DNA of 64,000 nt from Halobacteriaceae archaeon (lineage in GTDB: Archaea > Halobacteriota > Halobacteria > Halobacteriales > Halobacteriaceae). The translations under genes were made by a program, and so were the position numbers. Shown one piece after another: positions 63,156 through 64,000 of this stretch. The stretch spans positions 22,812 through 86,811 of the forward strand of contig JBDGTT010000023.1 of the NCBI GenBank assembly GCA_042216525.1, written 5' to 3'. The notes under the pieces are model-generated. The model saw only the letters and a list, made by a program, of their open reading frames with translations. It did no database searches and had not been told where the DNA came from. The number at the start of each line of letters is the position of its first letter. Within the stretch, counting starts at the first letter, position 1.

Positions 63156-63476
63156 GTGTCCCACGAGACAGTGAACTACGAGGACGTCGAACCGGTAGCG
63201 GGCGCGATGCACTTCCTGCGCGACCCCCTCGACTGCGAGACGGTCGGCCTCACCGTCGTCGAGTGCGACCCGGGCTGGACCGGGAAGGAACACGACCACG
63301 CCGGGAGCGACCACGAGGAGGTCTACCTCCTCCTCGAGGGCGACGCCACGGTCACCGTCGACGGTGAGGCGGTCGAGATGACCGCTGGCGACGCCCTGCG
63401 CGTCGACCCCGAGGCGACCCGGCAGATCCAGAACGGCGACGCCGAGAGCACGTTCGTCCTCGCGGGCGCGCCCTGA
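63156..63476 (+). CDS. Cupin-domain protein
   Basis: C-terminal part of track ORF 61470..63476. GTG at 63156 gives (M)SHETVNYEDVEPV... Cupin motifs GKEHDHAGSDHEEVY and AGDALRV. The start is uncertain (GTG at 63135 or 63171 also possible). Confidence 0.75.
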   Translation: MSHETVNYEDVEPVAGAMHFLRDPLDCETVGLTVVECDPGWTGKEHDHAGSDHEEVYLLLEGDATVTVDGEAVEMTAGDALRVDPEATRQIQNGDAESTFVLAGAP

Positions 63477-63525
63477 ACGCGACGGCGGGCGGGCGCCTCA
63501 GCGGCGCGAACCGACGGCGGACCGA

Positions 63526-64000
63526 TCAGAGGAACGCGAACGCGCGGACGGAGGACCCCGACGTCCCCTGGAAGTTCAGGGGCGGGAAGCAGAAGTAGGC
63601 CCGACGCGAGTCCGCGCCGTCGAGGACGGCGCCGAGGTTACACAGTTCCTCCAGGGTGAGGACGTCGTTCGAGAGCAGCGGGAGGTGGGAGTCCTGCGGG
63701 TGGACGTCCGTCGTGGGGCCGTGGTTGGGGACCTCGTCGTACCACCCGCCGACCGAGGGGGTGTCGATGCCGACGACCGTCGCCCCCCGGTCGGCCAGCC
63801 ACCGGGACGCCTCCTCGGCGAGGTGGGGGAACTCGAACATCCACTCGGCCGTCCGGCCGTGATATTGGTCCCACCCGGTGTGGAGGAGGACCACGTCGCC
63901 GTCCTCGAGGTCGTCCGCGAATGGTTCGAGGCGGTCGACCGTTATCGTCTCGGCGCTCTCACAGGGGGTCAAGTCGAGGACGACGCCCTCGCCCATGAAC
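63526..64000 (-). CDS. Cyclase-family protein (kynurenine-formamidase-like), C-terminal part only
   Basis: The track ORF 63526..63996 reading frame stays open to the window end. The HxGTHxDxPxH N-terminal motif expected in this family is missing, so the true start is beyond base 64000. Confidence 0.7.
   Translation of the reverse strand, partial: FMGEGVVLDLTPCESAETITVDRLEPFADDLEDGDVVLLHTGWDQYHGRTAEWMFEFPHLAEEASRWLADRGATVVGIDTPSVGGWYDEVPNHGPTTDVHPQDSHLPLLSNDVLTLEELCNLGAVLDGADSRRAYFCFPPLNFQGTSGSSVRAFAFL

Noticed and set aside
1-64000. I looked for CRISPR arrays, IS elements/transposases, integrases/recombinases, rRNA genes, prophage or known defence genes.
   Set aside because: I saw no regularly spaced short repeats and no ORF with transposase, integrase, capsid or terminase-like motifs. 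The only repeats found are the two tRNA-3'-end duplications and the palindrome block at 45.4-45.7 kb.

Overview
The window is a very GC-rich, gene-dense chromosomal segment that looks haloarchaeal (class Halobacteria). Supporting signs are acidic proteins, an Htr-type chemotaxis transducer, archaeal RNase P protein subunits next to proteasome alpha and SBDS, tRNA genes without encoded CCA, and TATA-like boxes about 25-35 nt upstream of many start codons (leaderless-type layout). I support about 73 protein genes and 2 tRNA genes. Most are housekeeping: purD, sdhCDBA, beta-oxidation enzymes, glyA, folD, pyrBI, moaC, nnr, hflX, psmA, and two PAS histidine kinases. I saw no transposase, integrase, CRISPR array, rRNA, or recognisable virus or defence genes. 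Many long track ORFs are antisense or out-of-frame GC shadow ORFs. Several real genes start at internal ATG/GTG codons of longer track ORFs, and I re-derived those starts by codon arithmetic. The items most worth a second look are: (1) a divergent RimK-type ATP-grasp/retropepsin-like fusion paired with an M14-fold deacylase, where the bacterial RimK substrate bS6 does not exist in archaea; (2) a co-oriented trio of a CHAT/caspase-like protein, a wHTH regulator and an E1-like/YcaO fusion with no visible precursor peptide; (3) a MinD/ParA ATPase plus a RecA/KaiC-fold protein with an ablated Walker A, followed by a 381-nt non-coding block packed with hairpins, palindromes and GCGAGCG heptamers; (4) both tRNA genes being followed about 100 nt downstream by a direct copy of their own 3' end, with the same internal motif architecture; (5) a candidate about 90-nt sRNA and two unannotated microproteins. 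All family calls come from motif recognition by eye. No database search was run, so names are hypotheses and start coordinates are best estimates.
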